This document shows positions 54,517 through 64,000 of a DNA stretch of 64,000 nt, piece by piece. The stretch is from Curvularia clavata (Eukaryota), in assembly GCA_023920165.1 (NCBI GenBank), contig CP089276.1, positions 4,092,001 through 4,156,000 on the forward strand. Reading direction: 5' to 3'. Below the pieces are notes generated by a model. That model was not told where the DNA came from. It saw nothing but the letters and a program-made list of their open reading frames with translations, and searched no databases. Both the position numbers and the translations under genes were made by a program. The number at the start of each line of letters is the position of its first letter. The stretch's first letter is position 1.

Positions 54517-56281
54517 CGGACAAAAGGGCAGCGGTGAACTATCGTCGTAACAGCAAAAACACTCCAGGCATAGCTTCTGCATCCCGCGCGTTGAGGCAGG
54601 AATACCGACAAGGCTATGTGACAGAAGCATCAAAGTCGGTCCAGAGATGTGCAGAGCCAGAGCTGATTTGCATCGCCCTGGTCTCGGGACGCCTCCACAC
54701 CCTGAGCAAAGCCCAGCACGCCCCATCCCTACCCGTCCGTGGTGAGGATACAATGGCAGACCAACTACGCCTGTTATTCACCACAATCGTACATCAGTGG
54801 GTCACATATTCGCTGGAGAGACCAATTGTTGTTTAGAAATCGTTATTATGTTCAGATACCACATGAGCTTGAGGGGAACGACGGATGCAGATCTATCAAA
54901 GCCAACATGGAGCTCCTTTTGCATATCTTTTTCAGGCGTCAAAACTTTGGCATACCCATATACACACACGGACATATCCACCATACCTCTTTTTTTTCTT
55001 CAATCTTTTTATTCCTTACTGTTGTTGTCAATGCCATTTTTTTCTAATGGGGTTATATTTTTTTTTTATTCCACTTGATTTAGTTTCATCTCATGATAGG
55101 GAAAACTCGGGGATTCTTATTACTCAATTTTTGGGGGACTTTGATTACTGTTTCTGGAGAATTTTGGCTGTGTATTGTGTGACGTTGAAGGAAGAAACCC
55201 CCGCACTTTTGTTTCTTAAATGATATTTATTCCTAGGTCATGGCGTATGTCTCACTTCCTCTTCTCTGTCTCTCTATGTGTGCGTATATATGTATATGTG
55301 GGATAGATATTAGTAATTTGAGTTTCAATTTGAGTCTTTTGAATGTGAATAGATTGGATCTAATCCCAGGCAGTGTTTTCTCTTCCCCCCTTTGTTGGCG
55401 ATTTAATGAAGTGTCAATGTTAGTGACATTGTTATGGGCAGGGATGCTACGCGAGACTTGGTTTGCCATGCTATGTGTCAATCTGTAATAATACCCTGCA
55501 CCGTTGCTATAATTAAGTGGAGTTTTATGATTCCAAATCAGCTTTTGGGGTAATTTCTTGGCGGCGTTTTGTTTGGAAGTGTCACGGGCTCTTATCTACG
55601 ATTGAGATTGTGTGAGTATGTTAACTAAAAGGTATGTAGTTGTATTGTTAAGGCTTTTTACATTGCGGTGTAACATAGCATTAGTTACCGTGATAGCTCA
55701 GGCGATGGGGTCTCTGGAAGTGGGTATGTTGAAGAAATGGGTCATGGTTTGAACATCGGATTACATGTCAGATTCAGAAGTATGTTCTCAATTGTTTTCT
55801 AGGGTTTTATTTACGTTATTAGTGAAGTGCTTTTTAACAGCTCTGCCTTCGATATCACAACACTCTAGGCCTCTTTTGGGCTTTATTGCTGGATCAGTTT
55901 GATTTGCTACCCCAGTCAGTTGTTTTCTGAACTTAAGATTCCTGACTTGCGGTGTTCTTTGCGTGAATGCAACAGGCCTTTCGGCTATTTTTCGCTTCCC
56001 GTACTCATTCTTCGTCATTGTGTGCTCTTCCTTTGGATGCTAAATTTTCGATGTTTGTCCGTCTTCATCTTCTCAGTACACTTTCTTGAAAAGAGTCTTC
56101 ACATCCGGTTCAGTGATACGGGTGATTACCTGCCAAACAGGCCCAGCGCATGCCATGATCGAAAATCCGACTTCGTATCTGTCACAAGTCCAGGGTAACA
56201 CGAGATCGTAGCAGACCAATGATTCCCACAGGCCAGCCATCCAGCCATATTCAATCCTGTCTGAACGAATAGAACCAATCA

Positions 56282-56761
56282 TCACCAAGGCATAGCCTCA
56301 ACTCCAAATTCCATCCTCGTGTGCCTCCGCTGCCTCTCCCGCCAGTCCACTTCTTCCTCTTCCTCTTCATATCCCCTCCCCTTATCCCACCTCTTCTTCA
56401 CCCGTCTAACCGCAAACCTCCCAATCCCCCACACTGTCGCTGCAAAAATCGTTCCCGCGATTCCCGTAGGCGCAAGCACAAACCCCGCACCACTAACCAA
56501 CGTGCCAAATGCGCCTGCACCCACCGTCGCAACTAGAGACCCAATCGCAACATACTTAGCATAGCGGACTATTTTCCAGAACGCAAAGATGAGGCCGGAG
56601 CGTATGACGCGGAGGAGTGCGCGGGTGCGCCGTGAGGAGACGGCGTTGGGCGCGGTCTTGGGGTCGTAGAGGTAGCGTAGGTTGCGCCGCGTGGATGCGA
56701 GGGCTGAGGTGGAGCGCGCGTCGATTTCAGTGTCGGGGTTGGTGCTGGCCGAGGGAGACAT
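56282..56761 (-). CDS. Hypothetical membrane protein (159 aa)
   Basis: ATG at 56761; Gly/Ala-rich hydrophobic hairpin YVAIGSLVATVGAGAFGTLVSGAGFVLAPTGIAGTIFAATVWGIG flanked by basic residues. Confidence 0.7.
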   Translation of the reverse strand: MSPSASTNPDTEIDARSTSALASTRRNLRYLYDPKTAPNAVSSRRTRALLRVIRSGLIFAFWKIVRYAKYVAIGSLVATVGAGAFGTLVSGAGFVLAPTGIAGTIFAATVWGIGRFAVRRVKKRWDKGRGYEEEEEEVDWRERQRRHTRMEFGVEAMPW

Positions 56762-57102
56762 GGTTGCGATGGTTATTCTAGCGGAATAAGCATAGGGTAT
56801 TAGAGATGGTAGGGTGGGGGAAGTAAGGTTCACGCTGGTGGGGTTGACGTCATTTGGCACTAAGAAGAGTAGGCCATGTTCGTTAGGCTAAATGCTTGGT
56901 TGGACGTTTCGAGATTTGTAGCTATAGTGAGGTTGTTCTCCAAAATTTGTTTCTCTGGAAAGGATGTCGACCACAATACATCCTTTCCCTAGGAGCAGAA
57001 CCATTAAGACTTACTTAGCTTTTTCCGCCAAGTAGCATATCCTCCTCCGCTTGTCCTGGAGATATCGGGCGTGCGTCGAAAAGGTCGATCCCCTCCTATT
57101 CA

Positions 57103-57627
57103 TCATGAAGCCACTACCCTCCCCTCTACTCCTGCTCTAGTATTCACCACTTGTCCAGTCCATAAATCCCACCAAGTCCTTCTTCCCGTAACTGAATCCC
57201 GGAACGAAACATGAATACACTTCCCATATCTCTTCATCTCTACCCTCCTTGCATTTTCCACAGCATCTCCATTGGTGCCCTCCAGGTAGTTGAGTAGGTC
57301 TTCTCGCATGCTCTCTTCGGCCAACTCCCCACTCTCATCAAGTGCGATCATGTCCATTTGCGTGCCTATTTCGCCAGTATCAGGCATGCGCACAGTGAGT
57401 CTCATGGAGCGAGTATATGGTGCAGGCGTGAAGACTCGGGAAGCGTAGATGTATCTTCGTCGCGGATTTGAATGCGATCCTGGCGCTATTCTCCCTCCAT
57501 GATTGCATATTACTGGCTCGTCGGAATAGCATATGGCGTAGATACTCACGTCAGGGGTCGTTTCTCTTAATGATGAAATACGCATGACAAAGTAGAAGTT
57601 CGTCGGTTCAATAACTGAGGCTTGCAT
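57103..57627 (-). CDS. Hypothetical protein (174 aa), no recognised family
   Basis: ATG-initiated intronless ORF with globular-like composition; TTTATAA (TATA-like on minus) at about 57697-57703. Confidence 0.5.
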   Translation of the reverse strand: MQASVIEPTNFYFVMRISSLRETTPDVSIYAICYSDEPVICNHGGRIAPGSHSNPRRRYIYASRVFTPAPYTRSMRLTVRMPDTGEIGTQMDMIALDESGELAEESMREDLLNYLEGTNGDAVENARRVEMKRYGKCIHVSFRDSVTGRRTWWDLWTGQVVNTRAGVEGRVVAS

Positions 57628-57839
57628 AGCTGTGGGCTTGGGCGGCTTTTATGTATTGGATTCGAGGATGGACTGTGATATGGATACTTATTGCCCTTAT
57701 AAATAACGTCTGCGAGGGAGATCTGCTCGTATAGCTCTCTTAACAACGCCATTCGGCAATGATGGGTTAAGAGTTGCATGCACATAGATCCAGGCACTGT
57801 GGTATCCCCAGATCCAGTCATTGCAACTTCCATAAGCTT

Positions 57840-59849
57840 TCAACCCTGCATCCGCCTTAGTCTTTCCTCAGCTGCCCGAGCCCTCCTTTCCCTCTCCATC
57901 CTCGCTCTCGCCTCTGGCGTCAATCCCCTCATCTCTTCCTCTCTCAAATCAGCAGCAGTCCTCACAGGCAGCGCACCCAAAGCCTTGCCTTTGCCAAGCC
58001 GTTGTTCCTTTCTTCTGACTTCTTCTGCTTCGCTCTCCTTGCGTACACGCTCAGTCTCTGCCTTCCTGCGATCTGCCTCAGCCTTGTTTTCTGCAGCTTT
58101 CGCGTCCTGCTCTTCGGCATGTCGCTTGTCAGCCTCAGCTTTAGTCATGGCTGGTGGAACACCCGCTTTCTCCCAATCCCATGCGGACTCGCCAAGCTGC
58201 GAGCGTGCAACACGGAATGCATCTCTTGTTGCACGGTCCCCCGCCAACGTGAATGGTGTCCGAGCATCATCATTCATCAATGTGGGATCCGCACCCGCTT
58301 TTGTGAGAAGGACAAGGACGATGAGTGCCGAGTTCAGCGACGCTGCAAGATGTAAAGGTGTTGGTGTATGGTGGTTTGCTGGTAGGAATGTAAATGTTGG
58401 TGGGATGTTGTTGGTCTGAATGTAGTTCATGAGCGCGGGAACCTTTGAGCGCTTGATCATTGGTATAATCTGTGATGTGTGTAACGAAGCAGCTTCCTCT
58501 TCTTTTGTCGGCTTCTTGGGCTTAGGTTTTGCGGGAGTCGTAGCCGTAGCCGTAGCTTCATTTTGGGAAGCATTCAGAGCCGCAAGCGCTGCTTCGTCAA
58601 CAGTACTTTGCTTCACTCGGGTAAGTTCAACAAAAGCACGCATGAGTTCTTTTTGAGTTGCTCGACGTGTGCTAAACGGGAAGCCTCTGTTGCGTGGGTC
58701 GTTGTTCCGCAGCACTTGCCCTTCATAGGGACCGAAAAGCGTTCTTCGATTTGTTGAACCAGTAGCGCGAACGAAAATAAGTTCTGCGGTATCGATCATG
58801 CTTTTCCAGCTGTTCAGCAGTTCTCGTACCTCGTTTACGAGTGCAGTCTCATTGTAGCGACGTATGGAAGAACCAGCAGAGTGTGCGTTGCCCTTGGCGT
58901 TATCGTTGGCAGATTGTGAGCCACCCTGCTTCCTTCGTGTCGTATATCTGTGGAATGTCTTATGAGCGATGACCGTAGCTGACCGCTCATCTGCCCCTGT
59001 GTGTTTCTTGCCCGTCTTTGGTGCCAATGCTACAATCATAGCTGCAAAATGCCCACCCCCGATCATGCAGAGAAAGTAATGCGGCCCAATATCCGTATCA
59101 GGTAGCGGGACGCCCCCCTCGTTCGCCTTGATCTTCGGAGGCTGCTTCGGTGATAGCTGCTTCCTCTTGATATTTTCTATGATATGTGACTCCTCTTCTT
59201 GCTCCGAGTTTGTAAATATGGCGCGGTATATGCCCAGCGACATGTTGTCTGGTATCGAAGGCGACGTGAACCATAGTAACGGAGGCTTGCCGGGCCCTAT
59301 TTGCTTTTTCGACGAAGTAAACTCGTCAAATCCAGGATCAGCAATTTTGGCCTGCTTCTTTAGGAGCGCGCTAAGTGTAGAATCTTTTCCCTTGCTACCG
59401 TCTTCTTCTTCATCGACTTCTGATTCCGATGACTCAGAGCCTGATATACTCTCGTCCAAGTCCCCGATGAGTTTTTCGAATTCCGTCTCGCTCACCGGCT
59501 TAGCCCCTTTTATCTTCTGCTTCAAATTATAGCCATGCAGGTCGGACCGCACATGACTGCGCTGGTCGGCAAGAGAGGTGAAGCTGAGGCCACAGAGGTT
59601 GCACGAGGTGGCCCTCGCTGGGCTGGAGTCGTCGCTATCTGCCTTGCTAGGCGATTCGGTTGTAGTCTCGGGGGCTGGGGATTGTGTTTCTGGAAGCAGC
59701 CGTTCAGGCTGGTCCTTAAGCGTGAGAGTGGCTAGAAGCTCTTCGGGTAGATCGAATACTGCAGTCGTTAGTTGAGTCGCAAACAACAAACGCCAATATG
59801 CATTACCATAGAGCGGTCGCTGTAGCAGGTGCTCTCCCTTTTGGGCCAT
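57840..59849 (-). CDS. VMS1: Vms1/ANKZF1 peptidyl-tRNA release nuclease (C2H2 finger, VLRF1 domain, ankyrin repeat, coiled coil, VIM); intron 59759-59806
   Basis: CNLCGLSF..QRSHVRSDLHGYNLKQK, GGGHFAA, HKTFHRYTTRRKQGGSQSANDNAKGNAHSAGSSIRRYNE, TPLHLAA, VIM RERRARAAEERL. Confidence 0.95.
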   Translation of the reverse strand: MAQKGEHLLQRPLYGNAYWRLLFATQLTTAVFDLPEELLATLTLKDQPERLLPETQSPAPETTTESPSKADSDDSSPARATSCNLCGLSFTSLADQRSHVRSDLHGYNLKQKIKGAKPVSETEFEKLIGDLDESISGSESSESEVDEEEDGSKGKDSTLSALLKKQAKIADPGFDEFTSSKKQIGPGKPPLLWFTSPSIPDNMSLGIYRAIFTNSEQEEESHIIENIKRKQLSPKQPPKIKANEGGVPLPDTDIGPHYFLCMIGGGHFAAMIVALAPKTGKKHTGADERSATVIAHKTFHRYTTRRKQGGSQSANDNAKGNAHSAGSSIRRYNETALVNEVRELLNSWKSMIDTAELIFVRATGSTNRRTLFGPYEGQVLRNNDPRNRGFPFSTRRATQKELMRAFVELTRVKQSTVDEAALAALNASQNEATATATTPAKPKPKKPTKEEEAASLHTSQIIPMIKRSKVPALMNYIQTNNIPPTFTFLPANHHTPTPLHLAASLNSALIVLVLLTKAGADPTLMNDDARTPFTLAGDRATRDAFRVARSQLGESAWDWEKAGVPPAMTKAEADKRHAEEQDAKAAENKAEADRRKAETERVRKESEAEEVRRKEQRLGKGKALGALPVRTAADLREEEMRGLTPEARARMERERRARAAEERLRRMQG

Positions 59850-60235
59850 CTCGTATATGCAACAGCAGATGTGGTTATTAGTTGTAGCCTCAGTGTGACA
59901 GGGAGTTGAATTTGGCGGGGCGCGTCGAAGATGACGTACGTTTCACGGCCCCACGCCTATTTGCACGCGCTAGTCGCCCACTGCTTAGCGCGTACCTAGC
60001 TTTCCCGCCACGATTGATATGCCAACCTTTTGTTTCTAGACTGGTTTGCTGATTTGCAAAAATGCGAACATACGCAAAGGCGGGGGTCTTGATAGAGAGT
60101 TTACTTAGGCCATTTCAGCTGCGCCACTTGTGACTGGAAGCAGCATAACTAGAGGCAGCATGGCTTCAAGCAGCACGGGCAGTGCAGTGGGAAAGCATAC
60201 GAGACCCTGAACAGCTCCCAAAATATAGGATCGTC

Positions 60236-61869
60236 TCAAGCTTCAGACAGCCTACGTTCTCTCGGATTTGCAGTTAACACTTGCAAGCGCACACTCTGAT
60301 AAGCTGTCCGCACACGGCCGGGAATCTGTTGTAGTCTCTCTTTGGTCGGTGGCCGAGCTATCAGCAAAACCATCAACGTGACCGGGATTGCTACAGCAAA
60401 GTACACCCAGAAATGCGGGCTACCGGGCAGGTTGGTAGCATTCATACTGAACAAGCTCGATATGTAGGTCAATGGAACGAATATGAGTGCCAGTATTGTC
60501 AAACGGCCTATATTTTCCGTCTCTGCAAAAGACCGGCGAGCGTCCAGAATTTGTACCAATGATGTGACAACTGGCAGCATGTTCTCGAGTCTATGGCCAG
60601 CATCTTCAATGTTTTTGTTGATGGCTTCAAAGTCTTCGAGCACAAGATCCACATCAGCGCGGTGTTCTGGTTGAGCGGAGGTATGCGTTTTCAAGTGGCG
60701 TATGACTGCTTGGATCTTTTGCTGGGAAACCATGCTTCTTCGGCGCCAGCCGTGAAGTTCGCGAATGTCCATGTCGAATCTCTTCAAGTCAAGACGATCG
60801 CCACCGTATTCGTAGAGCTTGAGGCAATGCAACATCACCGCCACATATTTCACCCATTGTGCAGCCACAATTCTTAGCGGGTAATAGGCAAGTGATTGAA
60901 TGGACGGATCCACTGGGTCAAAGCATTTGGGAATTGCTCGTTCCCAGTACTGGATCAAGTCACCAAGCATGCCGCTCTGCCCATGGCGTTGAGGGACTTT
61001 GTAAGATTGCGAGAAAGGCGGCATTTTCATGAAATCTTCATAGGTCCCCATATACGGTTGCAGTTTCAATTTCACCTTTTTTCCGGCATCCAAATGATCT
61101 CCGCCACGATAGAAAGTATCACCAAGTGGTGGATCGACAAGTACCAAGGCTTTATCCGTCAGCATTGTTGGTATTGAAATGCAAGAAACTTACCAAGCCA
61201 AATGCCACCCTCTTGCTTCAGTTTGATGATTGATACACGGCGTTGTGCAAGGCCAATCTTCGTTGCCCGGAGAAATACCAATTTGCGGTTGATGGCTGTG
61301 TCGGTCATGAATCGGGCGCCGGATGGGAATATATCGTTACAGGTAACAGATTGGTGATATGATATATTTACATAGCCACTCTGGTGAAGACGGGACGGCA
61401 GATTCGCATCGTCGGGCGTTTGATGGTACATCCCTGTCCTATGCACAGTATGCAAGTGTGTTGCGAGGAACAAAGGATCAATATCCAGCTCAGCGCCCAA
61501 GACAGTAATCATCTCAGCGGTCAAGTCTTCGATTAGGAGAATCCGTCCTTGAATTGCCAGATTGGACTGGTCATTCGACTTCTCCGTTTCGTTGTTTACT
61601 GCCCTTCTTAATTCGGAATGCAAACAGTCAATATCGGGAATGAACCGAATATTAGGGCCAGTGACTCCAGCCCGGAATTCAAGCGCAGTGGCGCGGCACA
61701 CAAACTTCCGAGTATCAGGCTTTACGAGGAAAGAAGAGAAAGTAGAGAGCGAGGGATTTCTAAAGCACAAGTCTTGAATGTATTTCTGGTATGCGCGCAG
61801 CGACGGGATGTGTGCATCCTCGCGCGTAGAGTAATCTGACGGCGGAGCGCAAATTGACTTGACTGTCAT
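60236..61869 (-). CDS. CorA-like (Mg2+ transporter superfamily) fungal membrane protein with degenerate GMN signature (FSMN); one intron near 61150-61192
   Basis: LLIEDLT..LG..LDIDPLFLATHL in the N-terminal part; long stalk helix; ENIGRLTILALIFVPLTYISSLFSMN...FWVYFAVAIPVTLMVLLI two-TM C-terminus. Confidence 0.82.
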
Positions 61870-62706
61870 GCTTTGTAGTTGATCTCAAGAGTGATGTTTG
61901 TCGCTAAGTGCCCTGTAGAGGTTAGAAGTAAGAACTCGCTACAACTGTTCGACCGCGGAGAAGCATCCTTGTGGTTGCACAACCTTGCTGCCTTAGTGCG
62001 ACGTGGCGTGGCTCAGCCTGGCGACCTTCTACCCACGGCTGATTTCAGCACCTGACACCTCAGCAAAAGAAAACAAAACGACTTTGAAAGTATTCAGAAG
62101 AGGTGATGAAAACAGAGAACACGCGAGTATTGAAGGTATACACTATGATTTCTGATAAATACTATTGACTGTTTTCTCTGTTATATCTTGCAGTCTTGCC
62201 CTAAGTACCTAGCTGTGAGGAATATTAATGATACAAGAAGGGGTGTGTGTGCCCATGTCAGCACATAAGGCAACTACAGGCAAATGACATGTGACCATGT
62301 GTTGTATTGCCTTGTTGCATGACTCTGCCTCTGAACCGAGCCTGGACTTAGTCGAGGTGGGTCGATGGATGTGTGGAGGATTATGCAATTGGTAGTAGTG
62401 GTACGGCAGTTTGAGCAGCTGGCGCCCCAGCCCAGCGCCCCATCCCAACTCCGGTCACTGGAGGAACTGGCAAGATACTAAGCACCCAATCACCCTCAAG
62501 ACGGAGCGCCTCGTCATAAAGCCTGCCTGGAGCCAAACGTATCAGGCTGATACTGGTATTTCCATACAGGAGGGACAGAGGCTGTATTTAATAAGAACAT
62601 CCGCCTTAAGCAGAGGAAAGCAGTGTGTTCTCCCAGCTCTTTATAGCCATTTTCATACGTCTGGTGTTCTCTAGTTCCAATACTTCAAGCATCCATTCAA
62701 CCTGAA

Positions 62707-64000
62707 ATGTCTTCATACAACACTGAACCAAGAAGATCCTCGGATCTATCGATTCAAGATCATGAGGACATTGGCAGAATTAGGGCGTTGAATCGTACGA
62801 TGACATATCTTAACACGCCTGCTCAATCAGCCATCAAGGAATTCTTGTCAGTTGCTTACCACATTGAGCACTACGAAGCCTTGGCTAAGAGAGCCCAGAA
62901 ACTGCTCGAGGCCGCTTTGAAGGATGCACGAGATTCTGACAAGGTTGAGGTTCAGTTCCGAATTACCTGTCGAGCAAAAACAATAAAGAGTCTGGAGGAA
63001 AAGCTACAAGCAAGAGATAAAACGCGAAACTATCGCACTGTACGAGATATCTTGGAGGATGTGCCAGATCTCGCTGGAGTAAGAATTGTGCTTTACACAC
63101 CTAATAAGGCCCAGCGGTCTAGAGTCAAAGAAGCTATCAAAGAGATCTGGGGTGACGGTGTTGAGGAAAGACTACATGGGGATCCAGTGTTGTCACGCAA
63201 AGCAAACTCGAGCAAGATTCACGACAAAGATGCAGATAATAACGACGAGGACGCCATGAGCAGTGGCCGGGAGAGTGAAGAGTATGTGCCAAAACACCTT
63301 GGGTATCAGGCCGACCATTACCGAGCTCTTATGCGCAAAGACCAACAGGATGATTCGTATAAGTACAAAGAGATAGACAAGGTAGAGATACAAGTCGTCT
63401 CAGCTCTTGGACATGTATGGGCAGAAGCAGGTCACGACGTCATGTATAAAACTCACGCGTACGGGAATCCTACAAAGTTGGAGCGTCGTATTCTAGACGC
63501 GCTCAGCGGTCTCATCACATCAGGAGACTTACTGCTCGAAGAGTTTCGTGAGTCAGTGACTAAGCGAACATATGCAAGATGGAGGCACCGAGAGGATCTC
63601 GCCATGTGGCTTCGCGAGTCGGACGTTATGAAGCAAAAAGGGAGGGAAGACGAAAAAAAAATCCACAAAACCTTGGATTATCATTTCGGGGCAGCAGGTA
63701 TCGATATCTTGTACAAATTCCTGAGCAAGACGGACAACAACTACCCAATAGCCGTTCGAAACATCCTCAAGACGCTAGATTTTCCGAAAAATCCCATATC
63801 TGGGTTGAAGAATGAACTCGCCCGATTTGGAGATGGCTTTGTACCTCCACACGGCCTGCTCGCACCGTTCTGTGTCTTGTCGCGTCTCTTACCCAAATCA
63901 GAAGAACCCTTGGATATGGAGGCACATAATGTATCTCAGAAATGCAGCATCATGATGGACGCATTTATCCTTCTCCAGACATTCTCTGGCACAGCAGCTG
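62707..64000 (+). CDS. RelA/SpoT-domain (alarmone synthetase-like nucleotidyltransferase) protein, at least 431 aa, truncated by the window end
   Basis: Stop-free frame from ATG 62707 to the window edge, absent from the ORF track. Motifs RAKTIKSLEEK (62971-63003), DLAGVR (63067-63084), GYQADHY (63301-63321), EIQVVSALGHVWAEAGHDVMYK (63385-63450). Confidence 0.88.
   Translation, partial: MSSYNTEPRRSSDLSIQDHEDIGRIRALNRTMTYLNTPAQSAIKEFLSVAYHIEHYEALAKRAQKLLEAALKDARDSDKVEVQFRITCRAKTIKSLEEKLQARDKTRNYRTVRDILEDVPDLAGVRIVLYTPNKAQRSRVKEAIKEIWGDGVEERLHGDPVLSRKANSSKIHDKDADNNDEDAMSSGRESEEYVPKHLGYQADHYRALMRKDQQDDSYKYKEIDKVEIQVVSALGHVWAEAGHDVMYKTHAYGNPTKLERRILDALSGLITSGDLLLEEFRESVTKRTYARWRHREDLAMWLRESDVMKQKGREDEKKIHKTLDYHFGAAGIDILYKFLSKTDNNYPIAVRNILKTLDFPKNPISGLKNELARFGDGFVPPHGLLAPFCVLSRLLPKSEEPLDMEAHNVSQKCSIMMDAFILLQTFSGTAA

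Noticed and set aside
54950..56100. AT-rich stretch suggesting a RIP-degraded transposon
   Set aside because: No terminal repeats, target-site duplication or transposase/RT motifs seen; consistent with convergent 3' UTR and terminator sequence.

Overview
Gene-dense, intron-containing DNA from a filamentous ascomycete (GT..AG introns with CTAAC/CTGAC branch sites; probably Dothideomycetes/Pleosporales, by inference). About 23 protein-coding genes: CDC42, a tandem Zn2Cys6 factor, a GH3 beta-glucosidase, CPA1/arg-2 with a three-exon arginine attenuator peptide uORF, an Atg38-like MIT protein, a Lam/Ysp2 sterol transporter, a PTH11-like receptor, a divergent lamB/lamA pair, a GH17 glucanase, ILV3, a Kex2-processed repeat protein, a PIC2-type carrier, a large USP, POP3, a Cys2-type serine acyltransferase, an F-box/WD40 protein, VMS1 and several hypotheticals. 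The top signal is missing from the ORF track because it runs off the right edge. It is an ORF from 62707 with all four RelA/SpoT (alarmone synthetase) motifs, lying head-to-head with a CorA-like membrane protein gene whose GMN signature is degenerate. This could be a fungal nucleotide-messenger or NLR-type immunity module. No rRNA, tRNA, CRISPR or clear transposon was recognised. All calls come from reading motifs by eye; no database search was run.
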